A stretch of 64,000 nt of DNA from the human T2T-CHM13v2.0 reference genome, Homo sapiens. Below are positions 63,669 through 64,000 of this stretch, in pieces (position 1 is the first letter of the stretch; each line of letters starts with the position of its first letter). The position numbers and the translations under genes were made by a program. Where the stretch lies: assembly GCF_009914755.1 (NCBI RefSeq), contig NC_060930.1; one strand, given 5' to 3'. The notes under the pieces are model-generated. The model saw nothing but the letters and a program-made list of their open reading frames with translations. It searched no databases and was not told where the DNA came from.

Positions 63669-64000
63669 TAATACATGTGTTTACAGTGTGGATGAACTGC
63701 AGCTGCATATCAACTCCTCCAATATAAAGAAAAAGAAAATGGTATTTAACTGACTAATAAGTTTCATCTACCAGCTCTGGGCTTCAGTATTGGGTAGAAA
63801 GAAAACAGAGACTTCACCCTAAAACCAAAATTAAAAGACAAAAATTTTTTAAAGAATAAAGGAAAGAAAGAGTACTACTGTTGATTCTTTGGTCTGTGTC
63901 TAAAAGATGATATTCTGAATAACTCAGAGCATACAGCACTTCACACAAATGAGTAATAAGCTCCTCAGGCTTAAAAAAAAAATGGATGACTAGGGAGAAG

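Overview
Human (primate) genomic DNA, AT-rich and dominated by repeats. It is an olfactory-receptor (OR) cluster. The intact gene at 41465-42430 encodes a protein I recognise as OR14J1, which places the window in the MHC-linked OR cluster on 6p22.1. It also holds two OR pseudogenes, probably OR2U2P (minus, 3220-4179) and OR2B4P (plus, 25472-26414); both symbols come from recalled gene order. The last ~3.5 kb look like the reverse-strand 3' UTR of a DDX6 processed pseudogene (DDX6P1) whose CDS would lie just beyond the right edge. The rest is layered transposons: a full-length dead L1PA3/4, a twin-primed L1, a truncated L1, an internally deleted L1, an L1PB, about ten Alus, a complete MLT1 MaLR, THE1, MER52, LTR7 and MER77-like LTRs, Tigger1, MER58, MER5, MIR and L2. 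I found no undescribed gene system, RNA gene or CRISPR array, and the small ORFs are repeat-derived or chance. The most notable observations are: (1) two L1 copies 21.4 kb apart share a 316-bp near-identical tract of private mutations, suggesting gene conversion; (2) the OR2U2P lesion is two compensating indels that leave a single in-frame TGA; (3) OR2B4P has a single frameshift; (4) an L1 antisense promoter points at OR2U2P; (5) a solo LTR7 sits upstream of a motif-defined OR14J1 promoter; (6) several atypical retrotransposition junctions. Repeat subfamily names and old-repeat boundaries are by eye from remembered consensus sequences and are approximate.
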